In this document: piece after piece, positions 19,138-30,137 of the stretch | Numbering within the stretch: the stretch's first letter is position 1 | Layout of the letters: every line of letters begins with the position of its first letter | The notes under the pieces: model-generated | Databases searched by the model: none | Told to the model about the DNA's origin: nothing | Seen by the model: the letters and a program-made list of their open reading frames with translations, nothing else | Translations under genes and position numbers: made by a program | Source: Myxococcota bacterium | GTDB taxonomy: Bacteria; Myxococcota_A; SURF-8 | Direction of reading: 5' to 3' | Assembly: GCA_965140415.1 (NCBI GenBank) | Contig: OZ223209.1 | Location: 4,416,001-4,480,000, forward strand | Length of the DNA: 64,000 bases

Positions 19138-20889
19138 ATGAACGGTAAGTTTTGGTGTTGGATGGGAGTATTTTGTGTGCTGTTACTGATGCTTTGCGCC
19201 TGTAGTGACGACAGCTCCGACCCGGATGGCGACGTGACCGATGGTGACACCATCGCGGATGGCGATTCGACGGAAGGCGAATCGGTAGACGGTGACAGCG
19301 AAGTGGATGGCGATACGACGGAAGGCGAAATTTCCGATGGCGATCTGGATTACGCCCCGGTGGAAAACCTGCTGCCGCCTTCCGAAGTATTCTCGGAGCT
19401 GGGTTTTGCTCCACCTGCCAGAGAGGCAAACGGCACCGCGCCCAACCAGGAGGAAATCACCGCGTTCACGAAAAAAGTAACCGCTTTTTTCAAAGAAACG
19501 AATTATTTCGATTGGGTCTGGCGCATGAGCCACGGCCTGGACGCCTCCTACGATTCGAGTATGATGGACTATAAACTGTGGTGGCAGGATGTCGGTATGC
19601 GGCGCGAGGGCGATACAATCATCTTCAATCATCGCGGCAAGGCGGAAAACATTCTGAAGCGCTCCATCAAGGTGATGAGTAACGCCATCGCCGGCTATCT
19701 GCTTACCGGCGACGAGCGCATGGCGGCCATCGGTACGCAGTATCTGAAAGGCATTGTGGCGTTATCCTTGGGTTTGGAATTTGGAAGCGAAGATCCGCTG
19801 GTCAAGTATCTACAGGCACGCGCCGTTTTCAATCACGATCACGCCTATACGGTGGACGATCGCAAAGTGCAGGTAAACTACACCCCTGCCTGTTACGATT
19901 CCTTCAAGTGGAACGTGCATGTATTCGAAATTCCCGACAATCCCACTTACGGCGATATCTGGGTTTCGAATATGCGTTCCAAAGACGACGTTCCTTACGT
20001 GAACAGATCGCTACCCATCGCAACCCGTGCCTTCCACGAATCGCAGAATCAGGAATTGCGCGACGCCGCCGAGCTTTACATCGAGTACATACGCGGATTC
20101 TCCAAAAACATCGTGGACAACGACTGGTTTATCATGACCAAATATGAAGATGGCGAAGCGGTGCGGCCTTACGACGCCACCAAACCGACCAAACCGCTGG
20201 CGGATTTGGGGAGCTACGTTCATTGGGAGATTCTGTTCGGCGAAGACGCCGAGTGCAACGCCCAACTGGGTGCTGCGTTACTGGGTTACGGCAACACACA
20301 AGGCAAGGGCGATTGCGGCAGTGGCATGACCGGCTGGGATTTCGAAGCGATGGCCGGTGTAGGTAACTGGTTCAACTATAATATCTACAACTATTTCCAT
20401 ATCGGCGCACTGGCCGCTGCCGAAGCCTGGGGCCATACCGCATTGGCGGAATCCTTGATGAGCGGTCTGCCCGCGCGTTTCGACACGATGATGCACGACG
20501 CGGAACTGAGCAACCGCGAACACCAGGAGTTTCAGTCGGATATGTCCGGCTGGCTGCTTTCCGCTGCGACCTACGGCTACCCGCTGGACGCGGAAGAAGC
20601 ACGGCACATCATGCAATGGTATGGCGACAGTTCCGACTGGTACCGCCAATGGGAACATTGGGATCCCTGGGCGACGTTGCCGGAGGATACGGATTACAGT
20701 GATTACAAAGCCCCGCGCGTGGAACAGGTGGATAACGGTCAGGGCGGCGTGACCAATATCAGCTACGTACGCCTGGTGGAAATGCCCTACATTTTCGAAT
20801 ACTGCCTGAGTTCGGTACGAGACAAACAGGGAGTACAGTTTATCGACTGCGACATCGTGGCCGATCCCAGCAAATGGGGCGAGGATTGA
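19138..20889 (+). CDS. lipoprotein of unknown function, paralog of 38740..40377
   Basis: Lipobox LCAC, DGD linker; shares YFDWxxRMSHG, GYLLTGD, NxRSKD and DAEC motifs with the paralog. Confidence 0.8.
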   Translation: MNGKFWCWMGVFCVLLLMLCACSDDSSDPDGDVTDGDTIADGDSTEGESVDGDSEVDGDTTEGEISDGDLDYAPVENLLPPSEVFSELGFAPPAREANGTAPNQEEITAFTKKVTAFFKETNYFDWVWRMSHGLDASYDSSMMDYKLWWQDVGMRREGDTIIFNHRGKAENILKRSIKVMSNAIAGYLLTGDERMAAIGTQYLKGIVALSLGLEFGSEDPLVKYLQARAVFNHDHAYTVDDRKVQVNYTPACYDSFKWNVHVFEIPDNPTYGDIWVSNMRSKDDVPYVNRSLPIATRAFHESQNQELRDAAELYIEYIRGFSKNIVDNDWFIMTKYEDGEAVRPYDATKPTKPLADLGSYVHWEILFGEDAECNAQLGAALLGYGNTQGKGDCGSGMTGWDFEAMAGVGNWFNYNIYNYFHIGALAAAEAWGHTALAESLMSGLPARFDTMMHDAELSNREHQEFQSDMSGWLLSAATYGYPLDAEEARHIMQWYGDSSDWYRQWEHWDPWATLPEDTDYSDYKAPRVEQVDNGQGGVTNISYVRLVEMPYIFEYCLSSVRDKQGVQFIDCDIVADPSKWGED

Positions 20890-20908
20890 TCCTTCCGATT
20901 GTGTAGAT

Positions 20909-22753
20909 CTATTGCCCTAGCTTTTCGGCGGCGGGGTGTTTAAAAACCTGCAATCCCTTTGCGATGGCCTGTCGTATCTGCGCGGGCAATTTCGGATCAC
21001 TGGCGAAAGCGGCGATCCGATTCAGGATCTGTTCACTTGGAAAAGGTTCGATGGCAACCATGCGCGTCAATAACGCACGGGGAGCTAAGGCATCTTCCGG
21101 GTTATCTTGCACGCTGCGGGCGACATCGGCCAGCAGATTCTCCCAAGCGACTTCACTATCGACCTGTCGCAGATAGGCGGGGTCGGTCTGCATGGGATTG
21201 AGAATGCGATACGCCTGCCGCTCGCAGAAATCCTTCGACAACAAATCGCAACGACCGAAAAGCAGGTTGCGGTCATCGTAATACAGCAAACGCCACTCCG
21301 CAGAATCCCATAGGTGTTCCGCGATGGTTCGATTCGGCGCGATTCGATAGCCTTCGTCGATCATCACCAAACCGATTTCGTATTCGCAAAGCGTGCGGTC
21401 CAATTCTTTCGGATCCCCCAGCGAACGAAAGCGATTCAGAAATTCCGTAGGGTACAAGGTCGGGACACGACCATCGATGAAGATACGTTGTTTGGGCCAG
21501 CGTCGATACAGTAGATAGTCGGCACCGCAAAAGGTATTTGTAAGCGGCCTGGCGCGTAAATCGTGACGGGTAATGTAGTTCACCGCTCCGATTGGATGTA
21601 GCTGCGGGCTGGGACCGACGCCGGGCGGGGTGCCCATAGCCAGCATTTCCACTCTTGTAACTCCGGTAAACAACAGAACAGACAACAAAAGGATCACAAC
21701 GGAAAAAACCGGGCGCATGTCTGCGATTCTGCCAACTCGCCAGCCACCGAGATTGCGGATAAGAATCGGATAGGCCAGTAGTGCGAATTCGGCGGTGAAG
21801 CGTGCATGCAGTATGGCCATCACACCCAATGACGCCATCAGCAGCCAGTCGCCTATGCGGCGCTTGTTTCCGGCCAGCAAAAAGGAAGCCGCGACAAATA
21901 GCAGTAACAGTAAAAACAGCTTCAACCCGATGGGACCGGTGAAACTTAAAAAGTCAGCGAACGCTCCCCATTCGGCGGAGACCTGCTCGCTCATGACCGT
22001 TGGAAAAGGCAGCAGAACCTCAAAGGTATGGGGATTGACAAAAGCCGCCGCCAGCATCCCCAATAGTGTCAGGGGCCAGCGATAGCTGCCCAGCAGGACG
22101 TCAAAGAAACGTTCGCTGCGAATACGCTGGCCAAGTTCGTTACACCAACTCGCGCCCACGATCACCAGGGAGATCGTCCAGGAGGGATGCAGGTTCACCC
22201 ACAGGGCCGTCAGCGGAATCAACAGCAGCAACCCGCCGTTTTTGCGGTAAAGCCGCGCCCGTTCCGCCAGCAAATGGGAAAGCGTCCACAAGGGAAAGAC
22301 CAGCGTATGCGGACGATCGGAGAAACGTGGAAAGACGACCGCCAGCACGAGCAGCAGCAGCAAAAAGCGCCAAGCGACGGCGGGACGACCTTCTTCCTTT
22401 TCGGCCAGTCCGGCATGAGCCAACAGCGCGGCAAGCATCAGGATGTAAATCAATAGGCGCAACAACACCGGGCCCAAATCGAGATCGACGGACCAGACGA
22501 CGTAAATGATCAGGCTGCCCAGCCATTCCCAGTTGGTCCAGCTATGATCCGCAAAGGTGTAGGAAAAAGGATCGGTATCCGGGATCGAGCCGTTTTGGGC
22601 GATGATCTGACCGGTCAGGTAATGCCAGTAGTGATCGTCGCAACCCAGTTCGTGATAGCAAGCCAGCAGAACCCACACAGCCAATAATGCCAGACCCAAC
22701 AGGGTCAGGTTGCGAATAGTGACCGGAGAGGCTTGCGAATTATCGGTATTCAT
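20909..22753 (-). CDS. polytopic membrane protein, GT-C-like glycosyltransferase superfamily
   Basis: DHYWHYLTGQII..DPFSYT..WTNWEWL, LWVNLH, FIDGR; many TMs. Confidence 0.7.
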   Translation of the reverse strand: MNTDNSQASPVTIRNLTLLGLALLAVWVLLACYHELGCDDHYWHYLTGQIIAQNGSIPDTDPFSYTFADHSWTNWEWLGSLIIYVVWSVDLDLGPVLLRLLIYILMLAALLAHAGLAEKEEGRPAVAWRFLLLLLVLAVVFPRFSDRPHTLVFPLWTLSHLLAERARLYRKNGGLLLLIPLTALWVNLHPSWTISLVIVGASWCNELGQRIRSERFFDVLLGSYRWPLTLLGMLAAAFVNPHTFEVLLPFPTVMSEQVSAEWGAFADFLSFTGPIGLKLFLLLLLFVAASFLLAGNKRRIGDWLLMASLGVMAILHARFTAEFALLAYPILIRNLGGWRVGRIADMRPVFSVVILLLSVLLFTGVTRVEMLAMGTPPGVGPSPQLHPIGAVNYITRHDLRARPLTNTFCGADYLLYRRWPKQRIFIDGRVPTLYPTEFLNRFRSLGDPKELDRTLCEYEIGLVMIDEGYRIAPNRTIAEHLWDSAEWRLLYYDDRNLLFGRCDLLSKDFCERQAYRILNPMQTDPAYLRQVDSEVAWENLLADVARSVQDNPEDALAPRALLTRMVAIEPFPSEQILNRIAAFASDPKLPAQIRQAIAKGLQVFKHPAAEKLGQ

Positions 22754-22764
22754 TCGAGCAAGCC

Positions 22765-24609
22765 TTACATGCAACGACCGCTAAAGGGATCTGCCGTTGC
22801 TTCGCCGGTGCAGGTGCAGGAGATAGCCTGCTCGCCCTCCGACCAGCTCCACTCCCCGTTACTCTGGCAGGTGTTCGTCATGCAGACATTGCCGGATTCC
22901 AGTTCCACACAGCTCATGGAACTGTCGCAGTCGTCGTCGGTGTCGCAACGCCCCAAGCAACTCCAGGCAGCCTGTTGCGGCGTTACCAATACCGGTAAAC
23001 AGCGTTCATAAGGCTGGCATTCCTCGTCGACGGCACAGGCGGCGGTACATTGACCGATGCTCGCCAGTTCATCATCCAGAATAAAGCCCTGGCAACTCAA
23101 CCCTTCTGCACAGCTATCGTCGGTCTGACAGGCAATGTCGCGATTGACGTAGCAGATGCCCTCGCCGCAGGACTGATTGGAGGCGCAATCGGAGTGCGTC
23201 TGGCAGCTACCCAGATCCTCGCAACGGTTGGAGTAAGGATTCAGCGCGAAACCATCGTCGCATTGACAGGACAACAGCCCGTTGGGTTCGACCTGCCAGC
23301 TTCCGTTGGTCTTGCAGTCTTCCGGCACACAGCCTTTCACTCCCAGAATCTCGCGGCAGATCTGCCCTTCTGGGCAGCCCTCTTCCTCGTTGCACAGCGC
23401 GTGGCACTGCCCCTCTGTTGCGCTAGTAGGCATGCAGACTTCCCCGGCCAGGCAGTCCGCACTTTTTTCGCATACGAGCGTGCAAACGCCGTCGCCCAGT
23501 AAATCGCCACCGCTTTTTTCGCCGATACATTTTGTAGGATCTTCGCACTGACGGTCGGCGCGGCAACTGATGGCGCGCGTTTCGTGGCAGACGTTATCCC
23601 TGCCGCAGACTTCACCGACTTTGCAATCGTACATATCTTCGCAGGCCAAACCCACATCCGGCATGGGACACAATTTGCCGATGCGGATATCATCCAAATG
23701 CCCGGCCAAACCCAGGAAAAGGTAGTTCAACGGATGGTCGCTGTCGATGCGGTCGGAAAAGAGACATTGATCCTGTTCGCATAAAGTCACCCGGTCCACA
23801 TCCAGACGCCAGCTTTCGCCGCTCTGGTACAACTCGACGCGGTGCCAGCCGTTGTCCAGGCCGTCTCGTTTGCGATGCTGCATACCCGACTGCTCCAGCG
23901 CTTCGATGCGCTGCGGGCTGCCTTCGTCGCCCGTGGGCAGGGCGGCATGGTGATACAGGCGGATTTCCGGCGTCCAGTTTCCGGTCGGATCGGGCGTATC
24001 GGAAGGAACACTTTGACCGTAGAGCCACAGGTAGTTGTCTCCACTGGCACCGGGCAGGCGCGTAAGAAAATGATAGGAAAGCTGCATCAGGCGCAAGTCT
24101 TCGGGAATCGACGTATAGATACGCGCCGCAGGCAAACCGGACTGTGTATCTTCGGAGTCGCCGGAGAGATAATGATTCTCCCTGCCTTCTTCGCTGACGA
24201 TCACGGGAACCGCCGCTCCGCTGGTATCTCCGCTCGGGTTGCCCTCTACCTTGTAATCCAGTTTCCACTCTTCATAGGCGCTGAAGTCCTCTTCTTCAAA
24301 AGTTTCCTCAAATGCGATGAAGCCGCCCTGACAGAAGGGGCGCACGGTCCATTGGTCGTAGGTGTCGTCCTCCCATTTCAGCCAGGCCGCCTCGGGCCGT
24401 TCGCGGTCGGAGGCATCGTCTGCATCCAGATCGCCGTCCGGGTTTTCGCTTTCATGTTCTACGGGATCGAGGTCCAGGTCACCGTCCGAGATGGGCTCGT
24501 CGGAATCTCCGCAGCCTGCCAGCATCGACAGGGAGAGTAAAACCAGCGACAAGACAAAAGAAAAGCGGCCATAGTGTAGAAGATTCGGGAAAGCTTGTGG
24601 AATCGTCAT
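22765..24609 (-). CDS. Cys-rich repeat lipoprotein
   Basis: Lipobox LAGC, DGD linker, beta-rich domain, many CxxDxxC repeats. Confidence 0.8.
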   Translation of the reverse strand: MTIPQAFPNLLHYGRFSFVLSLVLLSLSMLAGCGDSDEPISDGDLDLDPVEHESENPDGDLDADDASDRERPEAAWLKWEDDTYDQWTVRPFCQGGFIAFEETFEEEDFSAYEEWKLDYKVEGNPSGDTSGAAVPVIVSEEGRENHYLSGDSEDTQSGLPAARIYTSIPEDLRLMQLSYHFLTRLPGASGDNYLWLYGQSVPSDTPDPTGNWTPEIRLYHHAALPTGDEGSPQRIEALEQSGMQHRKRDGLDNGWHRVELYQSGESWRLDVDRVTLCEQDQCLFSDRIDSDHPLNYLFLGLAGHLDDIRIGKLCPMPDVGLACEDMYDCKVGEVCGRDNVCHETRAISCRADRQCEDPTKCIGEKSGGDLLGDGVCTLVCEKSADCLAGEVCMPTSATEGQCHALCNEEEGCPEGQICREILGVKGCVPEDCKTNGSWQVEPNGLLSCQCDDGFALNPYSNRCEDLGSCQTHSDCASNQSCGEGICYVNRDIACQTDDSCAEGLSCQGFILDDELASIGQCTAACAVDEECQPYERCLPVLVTPQQAAWSCLGRCDTDDDCDSSMSCVELESGNVCMTNTCQSNGEWSWSEGEQAISCTCTGEATADPFSGRCM

Positions 24610-24924
24610 CTTGTGAATCCATTTTTGTGGTTATCCCCCACCGACAGACAAAACGACGGCAGGGAGTGTTTGGCTGACTCATTCCGCTTGAGTGTAGCAG
24701 AAAGCGGCGATAAAGAGAAAGAAATTGCCGAGATCGGGAGAAGAAGCACCGGAAAAAGAAAATGAAACGGACGGGTGCGTTCAAGTTGTTCTATTTGTTG
24801 CCTCTCGATGCAAAAAGCTGCTGAAAGCTGCCGATACACGGTTGAACTTTAAGCGGAAATGTGGTTTGTTAGCAGCGGAACAAGTTTCGAATCGGCATCA
24901 AAGATGCCACGGGGAGGAAAATAG

Positions 24925-25674
24925 ATGAGCAGGGAATTCTTCTGGCAGGATGTATTGCCGGATGTCAAAAAACGTATCGAGCCGTTTATACAGGAACTTT
25001 TTGCATTGGACGATCCCTTGCCAAGCAGCGTTTTCCTGATTGGAGCGGCAGTTCGCGGCGAGCACAGCGAGTCGCACCCGGATCTGCATCTGCTACTGGT
25101 GTATCCGTCTATCGATGCGGCGCTGTTGGACCGCATCAGCCGGTTGGGTGTTCGTTACGGAAAAAAGGGCTTGCGCGCACCGTTATTGTTAACGCCGGAT
25201 CATTTCAACGATGCACAAGACAGCTTCCCGATGGAACTGCTGGATCTCAAAAGCAATCACGTTCTGCTGTGCGGAGAGGATCTGCTGACACAGGTGAACA
25301 TCGCCAATGAACATTTACGTTTACAGGTAGAGCGGGAGCTTCGCGCCTGGCAATTGCAGTTGAGGCAGGCGTATCTGCGTTCGGCAGGTGATGCCAAGTG
25401 GATGGCCAATTGGTACGCCGCCAATGTAGAGGAGATCTTCCCCTTGTTGCGTGCAGCCTTGCATTTGTTGGGTGGTGATGAGCAGGCGGGCAATACGGAA
25501 GCAGCCAGGCGACTGGAACAAGCGACCGGCATCGGTTTCGAGCCTTTCGTTTCGGTCTATGCGCGCTACAAGCAGGGCAAGCGACCGGACAAGGCGGATG
25601 TATACGATCTGTATAGCGCCTGGGAGCGGACCTTTTTCGAACTGGTGACGCATATCGACGGGCTGGAGTCGTAG
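24925..25674 (+). CDS. nucleotidyltransferase-fold protein associated with LemA/TPM
   Basis: SVFLIGAAVRGEH..PDLHLLLV, DSFPMELLDLK, LRLQVERELR. Confidence 0.75.
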   Translation: MSREFFWQDVLPDVKKRIEPFIQELFALDDPLPSSVFLIGAAVRGEHSESHPDLHLLLVYPSIDAALLDRISRLGVRYGKKGLRAPLLLTPDHFNDAQDSFPMELLDLKSNHVLLCGEDLLTQVNIANEHLRLQVERELRAWQLQLRQAYLRSAGDAKWMANWYAANVEEIFPLLRAALHLLGGDEQAGNTEAARRLEQATGIGFEPFVSVYARYKQGKRPDKADVYDLYSAWERTFFELVTHIDGLES

Positions 25675-25675
25675 A

Positions 25676-26479
25676 ATGAACGCGAGAAAGCAGCGGCACT
25701 ACATTCTGCGCAGCATCGTAGAAACACTGTTTCTTTTTCTCTGTATGACCGGGGCGGCCTTTGCGGCGCTACCGGGCGAGTGGCCCTCCCAGCCGAGAGA
25801 TTACGTAACCGACCGGGCAGGCATGATCGAAGCCGGTCATGAATCGGCGCTGAACGGACTGCTGAAACAGTTGGAGCAGAAAAGCGGCATTCAACTGCTG
25901 GTCGTGACGGTGCCATCGTTGGAGGGAGAGAGCAAGGAAGGCTATGCGCTGGCATTGGCCGAGCGTTGGAAACTGGGCCGCAAAGGTAAGGATGACGGCC
26001 TGCTCTTTTTACTGTCCCAAAAGGATCGCGTGTACCGTTTCGAGGTGGGATACGGATTAGAAGGCATCCTGCCGGATGGTCTGATGGGGCAGATCGGGCG
26101 TGAACGGCTGATTCCTTATCTCAAGCGCGGCGAAAGCAGCAAAGGCATCACAGCGGCAACACTGGCCATCGTGCAGGAAATCACTGCGGCCAAGAACATT
26201 TCTATTACCGGGATGCCCGAGCAACGGCGCGTCAAGCGAAAAAAGTCGAACATCGCCGGGTTGATTTTTTATCTGCTGCCTTTGATCTTCATGTTCGGAC
26301 CGCTGATCGGTCGGCGGAGACGAGTGAATGGCATGCGCACCTGGCGCTCGGGCAGGCGGGGGCTGTTCATCGGAGGGATGGGCGGCTTCGGTGGAGGACG
26401 TGGTTTCGGCGGTGGCGGTTCTTTCGGCGGCGGTCTGGGCGGCGGCTTCGGCGGCGGCGGCGCCGGTGGAAGCTGGTAA
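25676..26479 (+). CDS. TPM-domain membrane protein (YgcG-like)
   Basis: YVTDRAGMI, WKLGRKGKDDGLL, EVGYGLEGILPD, Gly-rich tail ending GGGGAGGSW. Confidence 0.92.
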   Translation: MNARKQRHYILRSIVETLFLFLCMTGAAFAALPGEWPSQPRDYVTDRAGMIEAGHESALNGLLKQLEQKSGIQLLVVTVPSLEGESKEGYALALAERWKLGRKGKDDGLLFLLSQKDRVYRFEVGYGLEGILPDGLMGQIGRERLIPYLKRGESSKGITAATLAIVQEITAAKNISITGMPEQRRVKRKKSNIAGLIFYLLPLIFMFGPLIGRRRRVNGMRTWRSGRRGLFIGGMGGFGGGRGFGGGGSFGGGLGGGFGGGGAGGSW

Positions 26480-26553
26480 GAAATCCGAGAGCTGATTGGT
26501 AAATTGGATAGAACGGTATAGGAAAAACCGAATTTTTCGATAGGAGCAAAAAG

Positions 26554-27105
26554 ATGAAACGGGCATATGTGATTGTTGTGGTTGGGCTTGTGTTGCTGAT
26601 GTTGAACGGTTGCGGCTATAACAAGACGATTGCACTGGAAGAAGGCGTAAGCGCGCAGTGGGCGCAGGTGGAGAACCAGTTGAAGCGCCGCTACGATCTG
26701 ATTCCGAATCTGGTGGAAACCGTAAAAGGGTACGCCACACATGAAAAGGAGCTTTTGACCGATATTGCCGAAGTGCGCAAATCCTATTTCGGTGCGAATG
26801 ACCGAGCTGGGAAAGTCAAGGCCGCGACTCAACTTGAAGGAATGCTGTCCAGACTGTTGCTGCTTAAAGAAACCTATCCGGACTTGAAAGCCAATCAAGG
26901 ATTTCTGAAGCTACAGGATCAATTGGAAGGAACGGAGAACCGTATCGCCGTTGAACGCAAACGTTACAACGACGCCGTGCGCGAACTGAACACCTACATT
27001 CGTGGTATTCCCGGAAAGTGGTGGGCGGATATGACCGGTGTGAAAACGGCGGAATACTTTGAGATCGCCGAAGCAGAAAAGGCCACGCCACAGGTGAAAT
27101 TCTAG
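26554..27105 (+). CDS. lemA: LemA family protein
   Basis: WAQVENQLKRRYDLIPNLVETVKGYA, YPDLKAN, LEGTENRIAVERKRYN. Confidence 0.95.
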   Translation: MKRAYVIVVVGLVLLMLNGCGYNKTIALEEGVSAQWAQVENQLKRRYDLIPNLVETVKGYATHEKELLTDIAEVRKSYFGANDRAGKVKAATQLEGMLSRLLLLKETYPDLKANQGFLKLQDQLEGTENRIAVERKRYNDAVRELNTYIRGIPGKWWADMTGVKTAEYFEIAEAEKATPQVKF

Positions 27106-27138
27106 TTCGATTCGTTTAGAGGAAGAAAGAGAGACGAC

Positions 27139-28443
27139 ATGGTGACGACTCCCACAAACTCATCGACCGCGAAAAGCCGTCCGCGTGTGCCTTTGGCCGT
27201 ACTGCTTTTAGCCGGAGCGGCGCTGGGGTTTGCAATCGGAGGTGTGTGGGGAGAACATTGGATCGCCGGTGACTGGCCTGTCTTTACCGGCCTGCTCAAA
27301 CTGCTGGGCGATCTGTTTATGAATATGCTTAAAATGGTCGTGGTGCCTTTAATCGTGTGCAGCATGATCGTGGGCATGGCTGCCTTGGCGGAACACCGGT
27401 CGGTCGGAAAAACCTTCGCGTTTACCTTTACATACTATCTCGCCACCACCTTGATCAGCGTGTCTATCGGCTTGATGCTGGTATCCATCGTACAACCGGG
27501 AACAGTCAGTGGTTTGGCCGGTGATGGCGCCATGAAAGTGGACAAGGTCGTCACCTGGTACGAAGCGCTCTTCGACATGTTGCGCGGACTGGTGCCGCCC
27601 AACCTCTTCGAAGCGGCGGCAGAGGGGCGCATCCTGGGCTTATTGGCGTTCTCCCTGGTTTTCGGCGGCATTCTGGTGCGTATGGGAAAAGCGGGAGAAC
27701 AGGTTGTGGCGTTGATTTCGACGGTCAACGACGCGCTGATGACGCTGGTTCGAGTTATCGTCTGGCTGGCCCCGGTGGGCGTAATGGGCCTGGTAGCGGA
27801 TCGCATCGGGCAGGCAGGCGGAGGCAATGCCGTATGGACGGAACTGGCGCGGCTGGGCACGTATTTTCTAACGGTGTTGGCTGGGTTAAGCCTGCACGCC
27901 TTTGTGGTCTTGCCAATATTACTGCTGGTATTCGCTCGAAGGCGTCCCTTGCTGCATGCGCGTCACTTTGCTGATGCGATGTTGACGGCCTTCAGTACCG
28001 CTTCCAGTGCAGCCAGCTTGCCGGTGACGATCCGAAACGCGGAAGACGAAGCAGGCATATCACCACGCGCCAGCCGTTTCGTTCTGCCATTGGGAGCAAC
28101 GGTCAACATGGACGGCACCGCCTTGTATGAAGCTGTGGCGGCGGTATTTATTGCGCAGGCCTACGGAATCGATCTCTCCGGCGCACAACTGGTGATCGTG
28201 CTACTGACCGCCACACTGGCGGCGGTGGGAGCGGCGGCTATTCCTCAAGCTGGATTGGTAACGATGGTGATGGTGCTGGCGGCGGTGAATGTGCCGGTGG
28301 AAGGAATCGGAATTTTACTCTCTGTCGACTGGCTGTTGGATCGCTTCCGCACGACAGTCAACGTTTGGGGCGACAGTGTCGGTTGCGCCATTGTGGATCG
28401 GCGTTTGGAATTGGAAGATCGTAAAAACATGGAAAGGGGATGA
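27139..28443 (+). CDS. dicarboxylate/amino acid:cation symporter (DAACS, GltP-like)
   Basis: AFSTASSAASLP, LPLGATVNMDGTALY, DRFRTTVNVWGD. Confidence 0.95.
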   Translation: MVTTPTNSSTAKSRPRVPLAVLLLAGAALGFAIGGVWGEHWIAGDWPVFTGLLKLLGDLFMNMLKMVVVPLIVCSMIVGMAALAEHRSVGKTFAFTFTYYLATTLISVSIGLMLVSIVQPGTVSGLAGDGAMKVDKVVTWYEALFDMLRGLVPPNLFEAAAEGRILGLLAFSLVFGGILVRMGKAGEQVVALISTVNDALMTLVRVIVWLAPVGVMGLVADRIGQAGGGNAVWTELARLGTYFLTVLAGLSLHAFVVLPILLLVFARRRPLLHARHFADAMLTAFSTASSAASLPVTIRNAEDEAGISPRASRFVLPLGATVNMDGTALYEAVAAVFIAQAYGIDLSGAQLVIVLLTATLAAVGAAAIPQAGLVTMVMVLAAVNVPVEGIGILLSVDWLLDRFRTTVNVWGDSVGCAIVDRRLELEDRKNMERG

Positions 28444-28552
28444 ATTCCCCCTGTAGATCCCTCTATCCCTGTACGAGAAAACCGAGGTTTTCCAAAAAAG
28501 GGATAAAATAGGCGGTGCTAAACCTAAAGCAGTAAAGGAACAGGCGACGGCA

Positions 28553-30136
28553 ATGGGACAGAAAACAGAATCTGCGGAAAAGCAAACGATGCTGGTCAGT
28601 TACAATCCCGCCAATGGCGAAATCGTGGGCGAAGCGCCGATGATTTCCGCACAGCAGGCGCAAGAAGCGCTGGATCGTGCGCGCGCGGCACAGAAAAGCT
28701 GGCAAGAACGCGGCTTGGATTATCGTATCTCGGTGTTGCGACGCTTCCAGCATCTGCTGATCGACCGGGCAGAGGAATTCTGCGAATTGATTTCCAAGGA
28801 AAACGGTAAGCCGTTGCAGGAAGCCGCCGAAACGGAAGTGGTACCGCTGATCGATCTGACGAAATACTTTCTGGATCGCGCCGGTAAAATTCTGTCGGAT
28901 CAGAAAATCCCGTTACATTTGATGAAGTTCCGCAAGAGTTTCATCAACTACCGACCGCGCGGCGTGATGTTGGTGATTTCCCCCTGGAATTACCCGTTCA
29001 CCATCGCGGGAGGCTCGATCATCATGGGTCTGATAGCCGGAAACGCCGTGTTGCACAAACCGGCCAGCCTGACTCCGATGATCGCCTTAAAGATGCGCGA
29101 TTTAATGGATGAAGCCGGTCTGGATAAGGATGTTTTCCAAGTGCTGATTACGCCGGGAAAAGTGGCTTCGCAGATCATCGATATGGGAGTGAACTACGTC
29201 AACTTCACCGGATCGACCCAGGTTGGATTGGGCGTGGCGGAGCGCTGCGGCAGAAACCTGATTCCATGCAGCATGGAACTGGGCGGCAAAGATCCGATGA
29301 TCGTGATGGAAGATGCCGATTTGGATTACGCGGCTGGCGCGGCGGTGTGGGGCGGTTTGTGCAATGCCGGGCAGACCTGCGCCTCGGTGGAGCGGGTATA
29401 CGTACAGGAAAGCGTGTACGACCAATTCGTGTCTCGTGTAACGGAGCGAGTCAAAGCGCTGCGCGTGGGCGACCCGTCCCAGGGTGAAATGGACATGGGC
29501 CCGATGACCGATGCCAATCAGCTTGAAATCGTTGCGAATCAAGTGCAGGACGCCATCGAAAAAGGCGCGAAGGTGCTGACCGGTGGTAAGCGCATCGATG
29601 GTCCGGGACAGTTCTTCGAACCGACCGTGCTGGTCGATGTAACCGAAGATATGGAAGTTATCAAGGAAGAGACCTTCGGTCCGTTGATTCCGATCATGCC
29701 CTTCGCCACCGAAGATGAGGCGATCCAACGCGCCAACGATTCCATTTACGGACTTGACGCCTATGTGTTCACACGCGAACCGGAACGAGGTCGGCGCATT
29801 GCGCAACAACTGGAGGCGGGAACGGTGATGGTCAACGAGGTGATCATCAGTCACGGTATGCCCAGCACTCCATGGCAGGGTGCAAAAAAGAGCGGTATCG
29901 GTAAGGTACATTCCGATCAGGGACTGCGCGATTTGTGCTACCCCTATCACATTAACGAAGACGTCTACCACCCGAAGAAGAGCCCCTTCTGGCAACCCTA
30001 TTCCAATGCCATGTACGCAAAGTTGCTGGCAGCGATCCGAAGCGTTTACGCAGAGGATTTAGGCAAGAAATGGAACGGCGTAAAAAATCTGTTCAGCGGC
30101 AAAAGCGGCCAGTCACCGACGTCGCCGGAGGTCTGA
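28553..30136 (+). CDS. aldehyde dehydrogenase family protein
   Basis: SPWNYP, FTGS, MELGGKDP, NAGQTCASVER, EETFGP. Confidence 0.95.
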   Translation: MGQKTESAEKQTMLVSYNPANGEIVGEAPMISAQQAQEALDRARAAQKSWQERGLDYRISVLRRFQHLLIDRAEEFCELISKENGKPLQEAAETEVVPLIDLTKYFLDRAGKILSDQKIPLHLMKFRKSFINYRPRGVMLVISPWNYPFTIAGGSIIMGLIAGNAVLHKPASLTPMIALKMRDLMDEAGLDKDVFQVLITPGKVASQIIDMGVNYVNFTGSTQVGLGVAERCGRNLIPCSMELGGKDPMIVMEDADLDYAAGAAVWGGLCNAGQTCASVERVYVQESVYDQFVSRVTERVKALRVGDPSQGEMDMGPMTDANQLEIVANQVQDAIEKGAKVLTGGKRIDGPGQFFEPTVLVDVTEDMEVIKEETFGPLIPIMPFATEDEAIQRANDSIYGLDAYVFTREPERGRRIAQQLEAGTVMVNEVIISHGMPSTPWQGAKKSGIGKVHSDQGLRDLCYPYHINEDVYHPKKSPFWQPYSNAMYAKLLAAIRSVYAEDLGKKWNGVKNLFSGKSGQSPTSPEV

Positions 30137-30137
30137 G

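Noticed and set aside
24925-25674. Defence nucleotidyltransferase (CBASS or MNT-HEPN)
   Set aside because: Sits in an ordinary LemA/TPM cluster with no effector or HEPN gene.
26375-26476. GGC-rich low-complexity repeat
   Set aside because: Normal Gly-rich tail of TPM-domain proteins.
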